A stretch of DNA of 64,000 bases from the NCBI GenBank assembly GCA_964016885.1, contig OZ024742.1, positions 365,738,001 to 365,802,000 on the forward strand. Reading direction: 5' to 3'. Shown one piece after another: positions 12,901 to 28,900 of the stretch; positions within the stretch are counted from its first letter, which is position 1, and each line of letters begins with the position of its first letter. The stretch is from Eledone cirrhosa. Lineage: Eukaryota. The position numbers and the translations under genes were made by a program. A model generated the notes under the pieces. The model had not been told where the DNA came from. It did no database searches and saw nothing but the letters and a program-made list of their open reading frames with translations.

Positions 12901-15900
12901 TTCATATAGTGTCAGAAAACTATATTCCATATATTGTCAGAAAACTATATTCCATATATTGTTGTCAGAAAACTATATTCCATATATTGTTGTCAGAAAA
13001 CTATATTCCATATATTGTCAGAAAACTATATTCCATATATTGTTGTCAGTAAACTATATTCCATATATTGTCATAAAACTATATTCCATATATTGTCAGA
13101 AAACTATATTCCATATATTGTCAGAAAACTATATTCCATATATTGTTGTCAGAAAACTATATTCCATATATTGTCAGAAAACTATATTCCATATATTGTC
13201 AGAAAACTGTATTACATATATTGTTGTCTGAAAACTATATTCCATATATTGTCAGACAACTATATTCCATATATTGTTGTCAGTAAACTATATTCCATAT
13301 ATTGTTATCAGAAAACTATATTCCATATATTGTTGTCAGAAAACTATATTCCATATATTGTCAGAAAAATATATTCCATATATTGTTGTCAGAAAACTAT
13401 ATTCCATATATTGTCAGAAAACTATATTCCATATATTGTTGTCAGAAAACTATATTCCATATATTGTCAGAAAACTATATTCCATATATTGTTGTCAGAA
13501 AACTATATTCCATATATTGTCAGAAAACTATATTCCATATATTGTTGTCAGAAAACTATATTCCATATATTGTCAGAAAAATATATTCCAAATATTGTTG
13601 TCAGAAAACTATATTCCATATATTGTCAGAAAACTATATTCCATATATTGTTGTCAGAAAACTATATTCCATATATTGTCAGAAAACTATATTCCATATA
13701 TTGTTGTCAGAAAACTATATTCCATATATTGTCAGAAAACTATATTCCATATATTGTTGTCAGAAAACTATATTCCATATATTGTCAGAAAACTATATTC
13801 CATATATTGTTGTCAGAAAACTATATTCCATATATTGTCAGAAAACTATATTCCATATATTGTTGTCAGAAAACTATATTCCATATATGGTTGTCAGAAA
13901 ACTATATACCATATATTGTCAGAAAACTATATTCCATATATTGTTGTCAGAAAACTATATTCCATATATGGTTGTCAGTAAACTATATTCCATATATTGT
14001 CAGAAAACTATATTCCATATATTGTTGTCAGAAAACTATATTCCATATATTGTTGTCAGAAAACTATATTCCATATATTGTCAGAAAACTATATTCCATA
14101 TATTGTTGTCAGTAAACTATATTCCATATATTGTCAGAAAACTATATACCATATATTGTTGTCAGAAAACTATATTCCATATATTGTCAGAAAACTATAT
14201 TCCATATATTGTTGTCAGAAAACTATATACCATATATTGTTGTCAGAAAACTATATTCCATATATTGTCAGAAAACTATATTCCATATATTGTTGTCAGA
14301 AAACTATATTCCATATATTGTCAGAAAACTATATTCCATATATTGTTGTCAGAAAACTATATTTCATATAGTGTCAGAAAACTATATTCCATATATTGTC
14401 AGAAAACTATATTCCATATATTGTTGTCAGAAAACTATATTCCATATATTGTTGTCAGAAAACTATATTCCATATATTGTCAGAAAACTATATTCCATAT
14501 ATTGTTGTCAGTAAACTATATTCCATATATTGTCATAAAACTATATTCCATATATTGTCAGAAAACTATATTCCATATATTGTCAGAAAACTATATTCCA
14601 TATATTGTCAGAAAACTATATTCCATATATTGTTGTCAGAAAACTATATTCCATATATTGTCAGAAAACTATATTCCATATATTGTCAGAAAACTGTATT
14701 ACATATATTGTTGTCTGAAAACTATATTCCATATATTGTCAGACAACTATATTCCATATATTGTTGTCAGTAAACTATATTCCATATATTGTTATCAGAA
14801 AACTATATTCCATATATTGTTGTCAGAAAACTATATTCCATATACTGTCAGAAAAATATATTCCATATATTGTTGTCAGAAAACTATATTCCATATATTG
14901 TCAGAAAACTATATTCCATATATTGTTGTCAGAAAACTATATTCCATATATTGTCAGAAAACTATATTCCATATATTGTTGTCAGAAAACTATATTCCAT
15001 ATATTGTCAGAAAACTATATTCCATATATTGTTGTCAGAAAACTATATTCCATATATTGTCAGAAAAATATATTCCAAATATTGTTGTCAGAAAACTATA
15101 TTCCATATATTGTCAGAAAACTATATTCCATATATTGTTGTCAGAAAACTATATTCCATATATTGTCAGAAAACTATATTCCATATATTGTTGTCAGAAA
15201 ACTATATTCCATATATTGTCAGAAAACTATATTCCATATATTGTTGTCAGAAAACTATATTCCATATATTGTCAGAAAACTATATTCCATATATTGTTGT
15301 CAGAAAACTATATTCCATATATTGTCAGAAAACTATATTCCATATATTGTTGTCAGAAAACTATATTTCATATATTATCAGAAATCTATATTCCATATAT
15401 TGTCAGAAAACTATATTCCATATATTGTTGTCAGAAAACTATATTCCATATATGGTTGTCAGAAAACTATATACCATATATTGTCAGAAAACTATATTCC
15501 ATATATTGTTGTCAGAAAACTATATTCCATATATGGTTGTCAGTAAACTATATTCCATATATTGTCAGAAAACTATATTCCATATATTGTTGTCAGAAAA
15601 CTATATTCCATATATTGTTGTCAGAAAACTATATTCCATATATTGTCAGAAAACTATATTCCATATATTGTTGTCAGTAAACTATATTCCATATATTGTC
15701 AGAAAACTATATACCATATATTGTTGTCAGAAAACTATATTCCATATATTGTCAGAAAACTATATTCCATATATTGTTGTCAGAAAACTATATACCATAT
15801 ATTGTTGTCAGAAAACTATATTCCATATATTGTCAGAAAACTATATTCCATATATTGTTGTCAGAAAACTATATTCCATATATTGTCAGAAAACTATATT

Positions 15901-17350
15901 CCATATATTGTTGTCAGAAAACTATATTTCATATAGTGTCAGAAAACTATATTCCATATATTGTCAGAAAACTATATTCCATATATTGTTGTCAGAAAAC
16001 TATATTCCATATATTGTTGTCAGAAAACTATATTCCATATATTGTCAGAAAACTATATTCCATATATTGTTGTCAGTAAACTATATTCCATATATTGTCA
16101 TAAAACTATATTCCATATATTGTCAGAAAACTATATTCCATATATTGTCAGAAAACTATATTCCATATATTGTCAGAAAACTATATTCCATATATTGTTG
16201 TCAGAAAACTATATTCCATATATTGTCAGAAAACTATATTCCATATATTGTCAGAAAACTGTATTACATATATTGTTGTCTGAAAACTATATTCCATATA
16301 TTGTCAGACAACTATATTCCATATATTGTTGTCAGTAAACTATATTCCATATATTGTTATCAGAAAACTATATTCCATATATTGTTGTCAGAAAACTATA
16401 TTCCATATATTGTCAGAAAAATATATTCCATATATTGTTGTCAGAAAACTATATTCCATATATTGTCAGAAAACTATATTCCATATATTGTTGTCAGAAA
16501 ACTATATTCCATATATTGTCAGAAAACTATATTCCATATATTGTTGTCAGAAAACTATATTCCATATATTGTCAGAAAACTATATTCCATATATTGTTGT
16601 CAGAAAACTATATTCCATATATTGTCAGAAAAATATATTCCAAATATTGTTGTCAGAAAACTATATTCCATATATTGTCAGAAAACTATATTCCATATAT
16701 TGTTGTCAGAAAACTATATTCCATATATTGTCAGAAAACTATATTCCATATATTGTTGTCAGAAAACTATATTCCATATATTGTCAGAAAACTATATTCC
16801 ATATATTGTTGTCAGAAAACTATATTCCATATATTGTCAGAAAACTATATTCCATATATTGTTGTCAGAAAACTATATTCCATATATTGTCAGAAAACTA
16901 TATTCCATATATTGTTGTCAGAAAACTATATTTCATATATTATCAGAAATCTATATTCCATATATTGTCAGAAAACTATATTCCATATATTGTTGTCAGA
17001 AAACTATATTCCATATATGGTTGTCAGAAAACTATATACCATATATTGTCAGAAAACTATATTCCATATATTGTTGTCAGAAAACTATATTCCATATATG
17101 GTTGTCAGTAAACTATATTCCATATATTGTCAGAAAACTATATTCCATATATTGTTGTCAGAAAACTATATTCCATATATTGTTGTCAGAAAACTATATT
17201 CCATATATTGTCAGAAAACTATATTCCATATATTGTTGTCAGTAAACTATATTCCATATATTGTCAGAAAACTATATACCATATATTGTTGTCAGAAAAC
17301 TATATTCCATATATTGTCAGAAAACTATATTCCATATATTGTTGTCAGAA
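10000..17350. repeat. Higher-order repeat of about 1.5 kb in about 5 copies (spacings 1,487, 1,590, 1,487, 1,565 bp; 3,077-bp super-period)
   Basis: ORF starts MLSVNYIPYIVIRK at 10197, 11684, 13274, 14761 and 16326; identical ORFs 10920..11294, 13997..14371 and 15562..15936; shared CTGTATTACA and GTTATCAG markers. Confidence 0.9.
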
Positions 17351-20300
17351 AACTATATTCCATATATTGTCAGAAAACTATATTCCATATATTGTCAGAA
17401 AACTGTATTCCATATATTGTTGTCTGAAAACTATATTCCATATATTGTCAGACAACTATATTCCATATATTGTTGTCAGTAAACTATATTCCATATATTG
17501 TTGTCAGAAAACTATATTCCATATATTGTTGTCAGAAAACTATATTCCATATATTGTTGTCAGAAAACTATATTCCATATATTGTTGTCAGAAAACTATA
17601 TTCCATATATTGTCAGAAAACTATATTCCATATATTGTTGTCAGAAAACTATATTCCATATATTGTCAGAAAACTATATTCCATATATTGTTGTCAGTAA
17701 ACTATATTCCATATATTGTCAGAAAACTATATTCCATATATTGTTGTCAGAAAACTATATTCCATATATTGTTGTCAGAAAACTATATTCCATATATTGT
17801 TGTCAGAAAACTATATTCCATATATTGTTGTCAGAAAACTATATTCCATATATTGTCAGAAAACTATATTCCATATATTGTCAGAAAACTATATTCCATA
17901 TATTGTTATCAGAAAACTATATTCCATATATTGTCAGAAAACTATATTCCATATATTGTTGTCAGAAAACTATATTTCATATAGTGTCAGAAAACTATAT
18001 TCCATATATTGTCAGAAAACTATATTCCATATATTGTTGTCAGAAAACTATATTCCATATATTGTTGTCAGAAAACTATATTCCATATATTGTCAGAAAA
18101 CTATATTCCATATATTGTTGTCAGTAAACTATATTCCATATATTGTCAGAAAACTATATTCCATATATTGTCAGAAAACTATATTCCATATATTGTCAGA
18201 AAACTATATTCCATATATTGTCAGAAAACTATATTCCATATATTGTTGTCAGAAAACTATATTCCATATATTGTCAGAAAACTATATTCCATATATTGTC
18301 AGAAAACTGTATTCCATATATTGTTGTCTGAAAACTATATTCCATATATTGTCAGACAACTATATTCCATATATTGTTGTCAGTAAACTATATTCCATAT
18401 ATTGTTGTCAGAAAACTATATTCCATATATTGTTGTCAGAAAACTATATTCCATATATTGTCAGAAAACTATATTCCATATATTGTTGTCAGAAAACTAT
18501 ATTCCATATATTGTCAGAAAACTATATTCCATATATTGTTGTCAGAAAACTATATTCCATATATTGTCAGAAAACTATATTCCATATATTGTCAGAAAAC
18601 TATATTCCATATATTGTTGTCAGAAACCGATATTCCATATATTGTCAGAAAACTATATTCCATATATTGTTGTCAGAAAACTATATTCCTTATATTGTCA
18701 GAAAACTATATTCCATATATTGTCAGAAAACTATATTCCATATATTGTCAAAAAACTATATTCCATATATTGTCAGAAAACTATATTCCATATATTGTTG
18801 TCAGAAAACTATATTCCATATATTGTCAGAAAACTATATTCCATATATTGTCAGAAAACTGTATTCCATATATTGTTGTCTGAAAACTATATTCCATATA
18901 TTGTCAGAAAACTGTATTCCATATATTGTTGTCAGAAAACTATATTCCATATATTGTTGTCAGAAAACTATATTCCATATATTGTCAGAAAAATATATTC
19001 CAAATATTGTTGTCAGAAAACTATATTCCATATATTGTCAGAAAACTATATTCCATATATTGTTGTCAGAAAACTATATTCCATATATTGTCAGAAAACT
19101 ATATTCCATATATTGTTGTCAGAAAACTATATTACATATATTGTCAGAAAACTATATTCCATATATTGTTGTCAGAAAACTATATTCCATATATTGTCAG
19201 AAAACTATATTCCATATATTGTTGTCAGAAAACTATATTCCATATATTGTCAGAAAACTATATTCCATATATTGTTGTCAGAAAACTATATTTCATATAT
19301 TGTCAGAAATCTATATTCCATATATTGTCAGAAAACTATATTCCATATATTGTTGTCAGAAAACTATATTCCATATATGGTTGTCAGAAAACTATATTCC
19401 ATATATTGTCAGAAAACTATATTCCATATATTGTTGTCAGAAAACTATATTCCATATATGGTTGCCAGTAAACTATATTCCATATATTGTTGTCAGAAAA
19501 CTATATTCCATATATTGTTGTCAGAAAACTATATTCCATATATTGTTGTCAGAAAACTATATTCCATATATTGTCAGAAAACTATATTCCATATATTGTC
19601 AGAAAACTATATTCCATATATTGTTGTCAGTAAACTATATTCCATATATTGTCAGAAAACTATATTCCATATATTGTTGTCAGAAAACTATATTCCATAT
19701 ATTGTCAGAAAACTATATTCCATATATTGTCAGAAAACTATATTCCTTATATTGTCAGAAAACTATATTCCATATATTGTTGTCAGAAAACTATATTCCA
19801 TATATTGTCAGAAAACTATATTCCATATATTGTCAGAAAACTGTATTCCATATATTGTTGTCTGAAAACTATATTCCATATATTGTCAGACAACTATATT
19901 CCATATATTGTTGTCAGTAAACTATATTTCATATATTGTTGTCAGAAAACTATATTCCATATATTGTTGTCAGAAATCTATATTCCATATATTGTCAGAA
20001 AAATATATTCCATATATTGTTGTCAGAAAACTATATTCCATATATTGTCAGAAAACTATATTCCATATATTGTTGTCAGAAAACTATATTCCATATATTG
20101 TCAGAAAACTATATTCCATATATTGTTGTCAGAAAACTATATTCCATATATTGTCAGAAAACTATATTCCATATCTTGTCAGAAAACTATATTCCATATA
20201 TTGTGAGAAAACTATATTCCATATATTGTCAGAAAACTATATTCCATATATTGTCAGAAAACTATATTCCATATATTGTTGTCAGAAAACTATATTCCAT

Positions 20301-23300
20301 ATATTGTTGTCAGAAAACTATATTCCATATATTGTCAGAAAACTATATTCCATATATTGTTGTCAGTAAACTATATTCCATATATTGTCAGAAAACTATA
20401 TTCCATATATTGTCAGAAAACTATATTCCATATATTGTCAGAAAACTATATTCCATATATTGTCAGAAAACTATATTCCATATATTGTTGTCTGAAAACT
20501 ATATTCCATATATTGTCAGAAAACTATATTCCATATATTGTCAGAAAACTGTATTCCATATATTGTTGTCTGAAAACTATATTCCATATATTGTCAGACA
20601 ACTATATTCCATATATTGTTGTCAGTAAACTATATTCCATATATTGTTGTCAGAAAACTATATTCCATATATTGTTGTCAGAAAACTATATTCCATATAT
20701 TGTCAGAAAACTATATTCCATATATTGTTGTCAGAAAACTATATTCCATATATTGTCAGAAAACTATATTCCATATATTGTTGTCAGAAAACTATATTCC
20801 ATATATTGTCAGAAAACTATATTCCATATATTGTTGTCAGAAAACTATATTCCATATATTGTCAGAAAACTATATTCCATATATTGTTGTCAGAAAACTA
20901 TATTCCTTATATTGTCAGAAAACTATATTCCATATATTGTCAGAAAACTATATTCCATATATTGTCAAAAAACTATATTCCATATATTGTCAGAAAACTA
21001 TATTCCATATATTGTTGTCAGAAAACTATATTCCATATATTGTCAGAAAACTATATTCCATATATTGTCAGAAAACTGTATTCCATATATTGTTGTCTGA
21101 AAACTATATTCCATATATTGTCAGAAAACTGTATTCCATATATTGTTGTCAGAAAACTATATTCCATATATTGTTGTCAGAAAACTATATTCCATATATT
21201 GTCAGAAAAATATATTCCAAATATTGTTGTCAGAAAACTATATTCCATATATTGTCAGAAAACTATATTCCATATATTGTTGTCAGAAAACTATATTCCA
21301 TATATTGTCAGAAAACTATATTCCATATATTGTTGTCAGAAAACTATATTACATATATTGTCAGAAAACTATATTCCATATATTGTTGTCAGAAAACTAT
21401 ATTCCATATATTGTCAGAAAACTATATTCCATATATTGTTGTCAGAAAACTATATTCCATATATTGTCAGAAAACTATATTCCATATATTGTTGTCAGAA
21501 AACTATATTTCATATATTGTCAGAAATCTATATTCCATATATTGTCAGAAAACTATATTCCATATATTCTTGTCAGAAAACTATATTCCATATATGGTTG
21601 TCAGAAAACTATATTCCATATATTGTCAGAAAACTATATTCCATATATTGTTGTCAGAAAACTATATTCCATATATGGTTGCCAGTAAACTATATTCCAT
21701 ATATTGTTGTCAGAAAACTATATTCCATATATTGTTGTCGGAAAACTATATTCCATATATTGTTGTCAGAAAACTATATTCCATATATTGTCAGAAAACT
21801 ATATTCCATATATTGTCTGAAAACTATATTCCATATATTGTTGTCAGTAAACTATATTCCATATATTGTCAGAAAACTATATTCCATATATTGTTGTCAG
21901 AAAACTATATTCCATATATTGTCAGAAAACTATATTCCATATATTGTCAGAAAACTATATTCCTTATATTGTCAGAAAACTATAATCCATATATTGTTGT
22001 CAGAAAACTATATTCCATATATTGTCAGAAAACTATATTCCATATATTGTCAGAAAACTGTATTCCATATATTGTTGTCTGAAAACTATATTCCATATAT
22101 TGTCAGACAACTATATTCCATATATTGTTGTCAGTAAACTATATTCCATATATTGTTGTCAGAAAACTATATTCCATATATTGTTGTCAGAAATCTATAT
22201 TCCATATATTGTCAGAAAAATATATTCCATATATTGTTGTCAGAAAACTATATTCCATATATTGTCAGAAAACTATATTCCATATATTGTTGTCAGAAAA
22301 CTATATTCCATATATTGTCAGAAAACTATATTCCATATATTGTTGTCAGAAAACTATATTCCATATATTGTCAGAAAACTATATTCCATATCTTGTCAGA
22401 AAACTATATTCCATATATTGTGAGAAAACTATATTCCATATATTGTCAGAAAACTATATTCCATATATTGTTGTCAGAAAACTATATTCCATATATTGTC
22501 AGAAAACTATATTCCATATATTGTCAGAAAACTGTATTCCATATATTGTTGTCTGAAAACTATATTCCATATATTGTCAGACAACTATATTCCATATATT
22601 GTTGTCAGAAAACTATATTCCATATATTGTCAGAAAAATATATTCCAAATATTGTTGTCAGAAAACTATATTCCATATATTGTCAGAAAACTATATTCCA
22701 TATATTGTTGTCAGAAAACTATATTCCATATATTGTCAGAAAACTATATTCCATATATTGTTGTCAGAAAACGATATTCCATATATTGTTGTCAGAAAAC
22801 TATATTCCATATATTGTCAGAAAAATATATTCCAAATATTGTTGTCAGAAAACTATATTCCATATATTGTCAGAAAACTATATTCCATATATTGTTGTCA
22901 GAAAACTATATTCCATATATTGTCAGAAAACTATATTCCATATATTGTTGTCAGAAAACTATATTCCATATATTGTCAGAAAACTATATTCCATATATTG
23001 TTGTCAGAAAACTATATTCCATATATTGTCAGAAAACTATATTCCATATATTGTTGTCAGAAAACTATATTCCATATATTGTCAGAAAACTATATTCCAT
23101 ATATTGTTGTCAGAAAACTATATTTCATATATTATCAGAAATCTATATTCCATATATTGTCAGAAAACTATATTCCATATATTGTTGTCAGAAAACTATA
23201 TTCCATATATGGTTGTCAGAAAACTATATACCATATATTGTCAGAAAACTATATTCCATATATTGTTGTCAGAAAACTATATTCCATATATGGTTGTCAG

Positions 23301-26300
23301 TAAACTATATTCCATATATTGTCAGAAAACTATATTCCATATATTGTTGTCAGAAAACTATATTCCATATATTGTTGTCAGAAAACTATATTCCATATAT
23401 TGTCAGAAAACTATATTCCATATATTGTTGTCAGTAAACTATATTCCATATATTGTCAGAAAACTATATACCATATATTGTTGTCAGAAAACTATATTCC
23501 ATATATTGTCAGAAAACTATATTCCATATATTGTTGTCAGAAAACTATATTCCATATATTGTCAGAAAACTATATTCCATATATTGTCAGAAAACTGTAT
23601 TCCATATATTGTTGTCTGAAAACTATATTCCATATATTGTCAGACAACTATATTCCATATATTGTTGTCAGTAAACTATATTCCATATATTGTTGTCAGA
23701 AAACTATATTCCATATATTGTTGTCAGAAAACTATATTCCATATATTGTTGTCAGAAAACTATATTCCATATATTGTTGTCAGAAAACTATATTCCATAT
23801 ATTGTCAGAAAACTATATTCCATATATTGTTGTCAGAAAACTATATTCCATATATTGTCAGAAAACTATATTCCATATATTGTTGTCAGTAAACTATATT
23901 CCATATATTGTCAGAAAACTATATTCCATATATTGTTGTCAGAAAACTATATTCCATATATTGTTGTCAGAAAACTATATTCCATATATTGTTGTCAGAA
24001 AACTATATTCCATATATTGTTGTCAGAAAACTATATTCCATATATTGTCAGAAAACTATATTCCATATATTGTCAGAAAACTATATTCCATATATTGTTA
24101 TCAGAAAACTATATTCCATATATTGTCAGAAAACTATATTCCATATATTGTTGTCAGAAAACTATATTTCATATAGTGTCAGAAAACTATATTCCATATA
24201 TTGTCAGAAAACTATATTCCATATATTGTTGTCAGAAAACTATATTCCATATATTGTTGTCAGAAAACTATATTCCATATATTGTCAGAAAACTATATTC
24301 CATATATTGTTGTCAGTAAACTATATTCCATATATTGTCAGAAAACTATATTCCATATATTGTCAGAAAACTATATTCCATATATTGTCAGAAAACTATA
24401 TTCCATATATTGTCAGAAAACTATATTCCATATATTGTTGTCAGAAAACTATATTCCATATATTGTCAGAAAACTATATTCCATATATTGTCAGAAAACT
24501 GTATTCCATATATTGTTGTCTGAAAACTATATTCCATATATTGTCAGACAACTATATTCCATATATTGTTGTCAGTAAACTATATTCCATATATTGTTGT
24601 CAGAAAACTATGTTCCATATATTGTTGTCAGAAAACTATATTCCATATATTGTCAGAAAACTATATTCCATATATTGTTGTCAGAAAACTATATTCCATA
24701 TATTGTCAGAAAACTATATTCCATATATTGTTGTCAGAAAACTATATTCCATATATTGTCAGAAAACTATATTCCATATATTGTCAGAAAACTATATTCC
24801 ATATATTGTTGTCAGAAACCGATATTCCATATATTGTCAGAAAACTATATTCCATATATTGTTGTCAGAAAACTATATTCCTTATATTGTCAGAAAACTA
24901 TATTCCATATATTGTCAGAAAACTATATTCCATATATTGTCAAAAAACTATATTCCATATATTGTCAGAAAACTATATTCCATATATTGTTGTCAGAAAA
25001 CTATATTCCATATATTGTCAGAAAACTATATTCCATATATTGTCAGAAAACTGTATTCCATATATTGTTGTCTGAAAACTATATTCCATATATTGTCAGA
25101 AAACTGTATTCCATATATTGTTGTCAGAAAACTATATTCCATATATTGTTGTCAGAAAACTATATTCCATATATTGTCAGAAAAATATATTCCAAATATT
25201 GTTGTCAGAAAACTATATTCCATATATTGTCAGAAAACTATATTCCATATATTGTTGTCAGAAAACTATATTCCATATATTGTCAGAAAACTATATTCCA
25301 TATATTGTTGTCAGAAAACTATATTACATATATTGTCAGAAAACTATATTCCATATATTGTTGTCAGAAAACTATATTCCATATATTGTCAGAAAACTAT
25401 ATTCCATATATTGTTGTCAGAAAACTATATTCCATATATTGTCAGAAAACTATATTCCATATATTGTTGTCAGAAAACTATATTTCATATATTGTCAGAA
25501 ATCTATATTCCATATATTGTCAGAAAACTATATTCCATATATTGTTGTCAGAAAACTATATTCCATATATGGTTGTCAGAAAACTATATTCCATATATTG
25601 TCAGAAAACTATATTCCATATATTGTTGTCAGAAAACTATATTCCATATATGGTTGCCAGTAAACTATATTCCATATATTGTTGTCAGAAAACTATATTC
25701 CATATATTGTTGTCAGAAAACTATATTCCATATATTGTTGTCAGAAAACTATATTCCATATATTGTCAGAAAACTATATTCCATATATTGTCAGAAAACT
25801 ATATTCCATATATTGTTGTCAGTAAACTATATTCCATATATTGTCAGAAAACTATATTCCATATATTGTTGTCAGAAAACTATATTCCATATATTGTCAG
25901 AAAACTATATTCCATATATTGTCAGAAAACTATATTCCTTATATTGTCAGAAAACTATATTCCATATATTGTTGTCAGAAAACTATATTCCATATATTGT
26001 CAGAAAACTATATTCCATATATTGTCAGAAAACTGTATTCCATATATTGTTGTCTGAAAACTATATTCCATATATTGTCAGACAACTACATTCCATATAT
26101 TGTTGTCAGTAAACTATATTTCATATATTGTTGTCAGAAAACTATATTCCATATATTGTTGTCAGAAATCTATATTCCATATATTGTCAGAAAAATATAT
26201 TCCATATATTGTTGTCAGAAAACTATATTCCATATATTGTCAGAAAACTATATTCCATATATTGTTGTCAGAAAACTATATTCCATATATTGTCAGAAAA

Positions 26301-28900
26301 CTATATTCCATATATTGTTGTCAGAAAACTATATTCCATATATTGTCAGAAAACTATATTCCATATCTTGTCAGAAAACTATATTCCATATATTGTGAGA
26401 AAACTATATTCCATATATTGTCAGAAAACTATATTCCATATATTGTCAGAAAACTATATTCCATATATTGTTGTCAGAAAACTATATTCCATATATTGTT
26501 GTCAGAAAACTATATTCCATATATTGTCAGAAAACTATATTCCATATATTGTTGTCAGTAAACTATATTCCATATATTGTCAGAAAACTATATTCCATAT
26601 ATTGTCAGAAAACTATATTCCATATATTGTCAGAAAACTATATTCCATATATTGTCAGAAAACTATATTCCATATATTGTTGTCTGAAAACTATATTCCA
26701 TATATTGTCAGAAAACTATATTCCATATATTGTCAGAAAACTGTATTCCATATATTGTTGTCTGAAAACTATATTCCATATATTGTCAGACAACTATATT
26801 CCATATATTGTTGTCAGTAAACTATATTCCATATATTGTTGTCAGAAAACTATATTCCATATATTGTTGTCAGAAAACTATATTCCATATATTGTCAGAA
26901 AACTATATTCCATATATTGTTGTCAGAAAACTATATTCCATATATTGTCAGAAAACTATATTCCATATATTGTTGTCAGAAAACTATATTCCATATATTG
27001 TCAGAAAACTATATTCCATATATTGTTGTCAGAAAACTATATTCCATATATTGTCAGAAAACTATATTCCATATATTGTTGTCAGAAAACTATATTCCTT
27101 ATATTGTCAGAAAACTATATTCCATATATTGTCAGAAAACTATATTCCATATATTGTCAAAAAACTATATTCCATATATTGTCAGAAAACTATATTCCAT
27201 ATATTGTTGTCAGAAAACTATATTCCATATATTGTCAGAAAACTATATTCCATATATTGTCAGAAAACTGTATTCCATATATTGTTGTCTGAAAACTATA
27301 TTCCATATATTGTCAGAAAACTGTATTCCATATATTGTTGTCAGAAAACTATATTCCATATATTGTTGTCAGAAAACTATATTCCATATATTGTCAGAAA
27401 AATATATTCCAAATATTGTTGTCAGAAAACTATATTCCATATATTGTCAGAAAACTATATTCCATATATTGTTGTCAGAAAACTATATTCCATATATTGT
27501 CAGAAAACTATATTCCATATATTGTTGTCAGAAAACTATATTACATATATTGTCAGAAAACTATATTCCATATATTGTTGTCAGAAAACTATATTCCATA
27601 TATTGTCAGAAAACTATATTCCATATATTGTTGTCAGAAAACTATATTTCATATATTGTCAGAAATCTATATTCCATATATTGTCAGAAAACTATATTCC
27701 ATATATTGTTGTCAGAAAACTATATTCCATATATGGTTGTCAGAAAACTATATTCCATATATTGTCAGAAAACTATATTCCATATATTGTTGTCAGAAAA
27801 CTATATTCCATATATGGTTGCCAGTAAACTATATTCCATATATTGTTGTCAGAAAACTATATTCCATATATTGTTGTCGGAAAACTATATTCCATATATT
27901 GTTGTCAGAAAACTATATTCCATATATTGTCAGAAAACTATATTCCATATATTGTCTGAAAACTATATTCCATATATTGTTGTCAGTAAACTATATTCCA
28001 TATATTGTCAGAAAACTATATTCCATATATTGTTGTCAGAAAACTATATTCCATATATTGTCAGAAAACTATATTCCATATATTGTCAGAAAACTATATT
28101 CCTTATATTGTCAGAAAACTATAATCCATATATTGTTGTCAGAAAACTATATTCCATATATTGTCAGAAAACTATATTCCATATATTGTCAGAAAACTGT
28201 ATTCCATATATTGTTGTCTGAAAACTATATTCCATATATTGTCAGACAACTATATTCCATATATTGTTGTCAGTAAACTATATTCCATATATTGTTGTCA
28301 GAAAACTATATTCCATATATTGTTGTCAGAAATCTATATTCCATATATTGTCAGAAAAATATATTCCATATATTGTTGTCAGAAAACTATATTCCATATA
28401 TTGTCAGAAAACTATATTCCATATATTGTTGTCAGAAAACTATATTCCATATATTGTCAGAAAACTATATTCCATATATTGTTGTCAGAAAACTATATTC
28501 CATATATTGTCAGAAAACTATATTCCATATCTTGTCAGAAAACTATATTCCATATATTGTGAGAAAACTATATTCCATATATTGTCAGAAAACTATATTC
28601 CATATATTGTTGTCAGAAAACTATATTCCATATATTGTCAGAAAACTATATTCCATATATTGTCAGAAAACTGTATTCCATATATTGTTGTCTGAAAACT
28701 ATATTCCATATATTGTCAGACAACTATATTCCATATATTGTCAGAAAAATATATTCCAAATATTGTTGTCAGAAAACTATATTCCATATATTGTCAGAAA
28801 ACTATATTCCATATATTGTTGTCAGAAAACTATATTCCATATATTGTCAGAAAACTATATTCCATATATTGTTGTCAGAAAACGATATTCCATATATTGT
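16590..28900. repeat. About 6.2-kb tandem duplication (about 16590-22790 and 22790-28900), each copy holding a 2,217-bp internal tandem
   Basis: ORF pairs 17127..17984/23319..24176 and 17716..19920/23908..26112 have offset 6,192; 22022..22423/28161..28562 has offset 6,139. The rare AAACCGATATT marker occurs at about 18625 and 24817. Confidence 0.92.
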
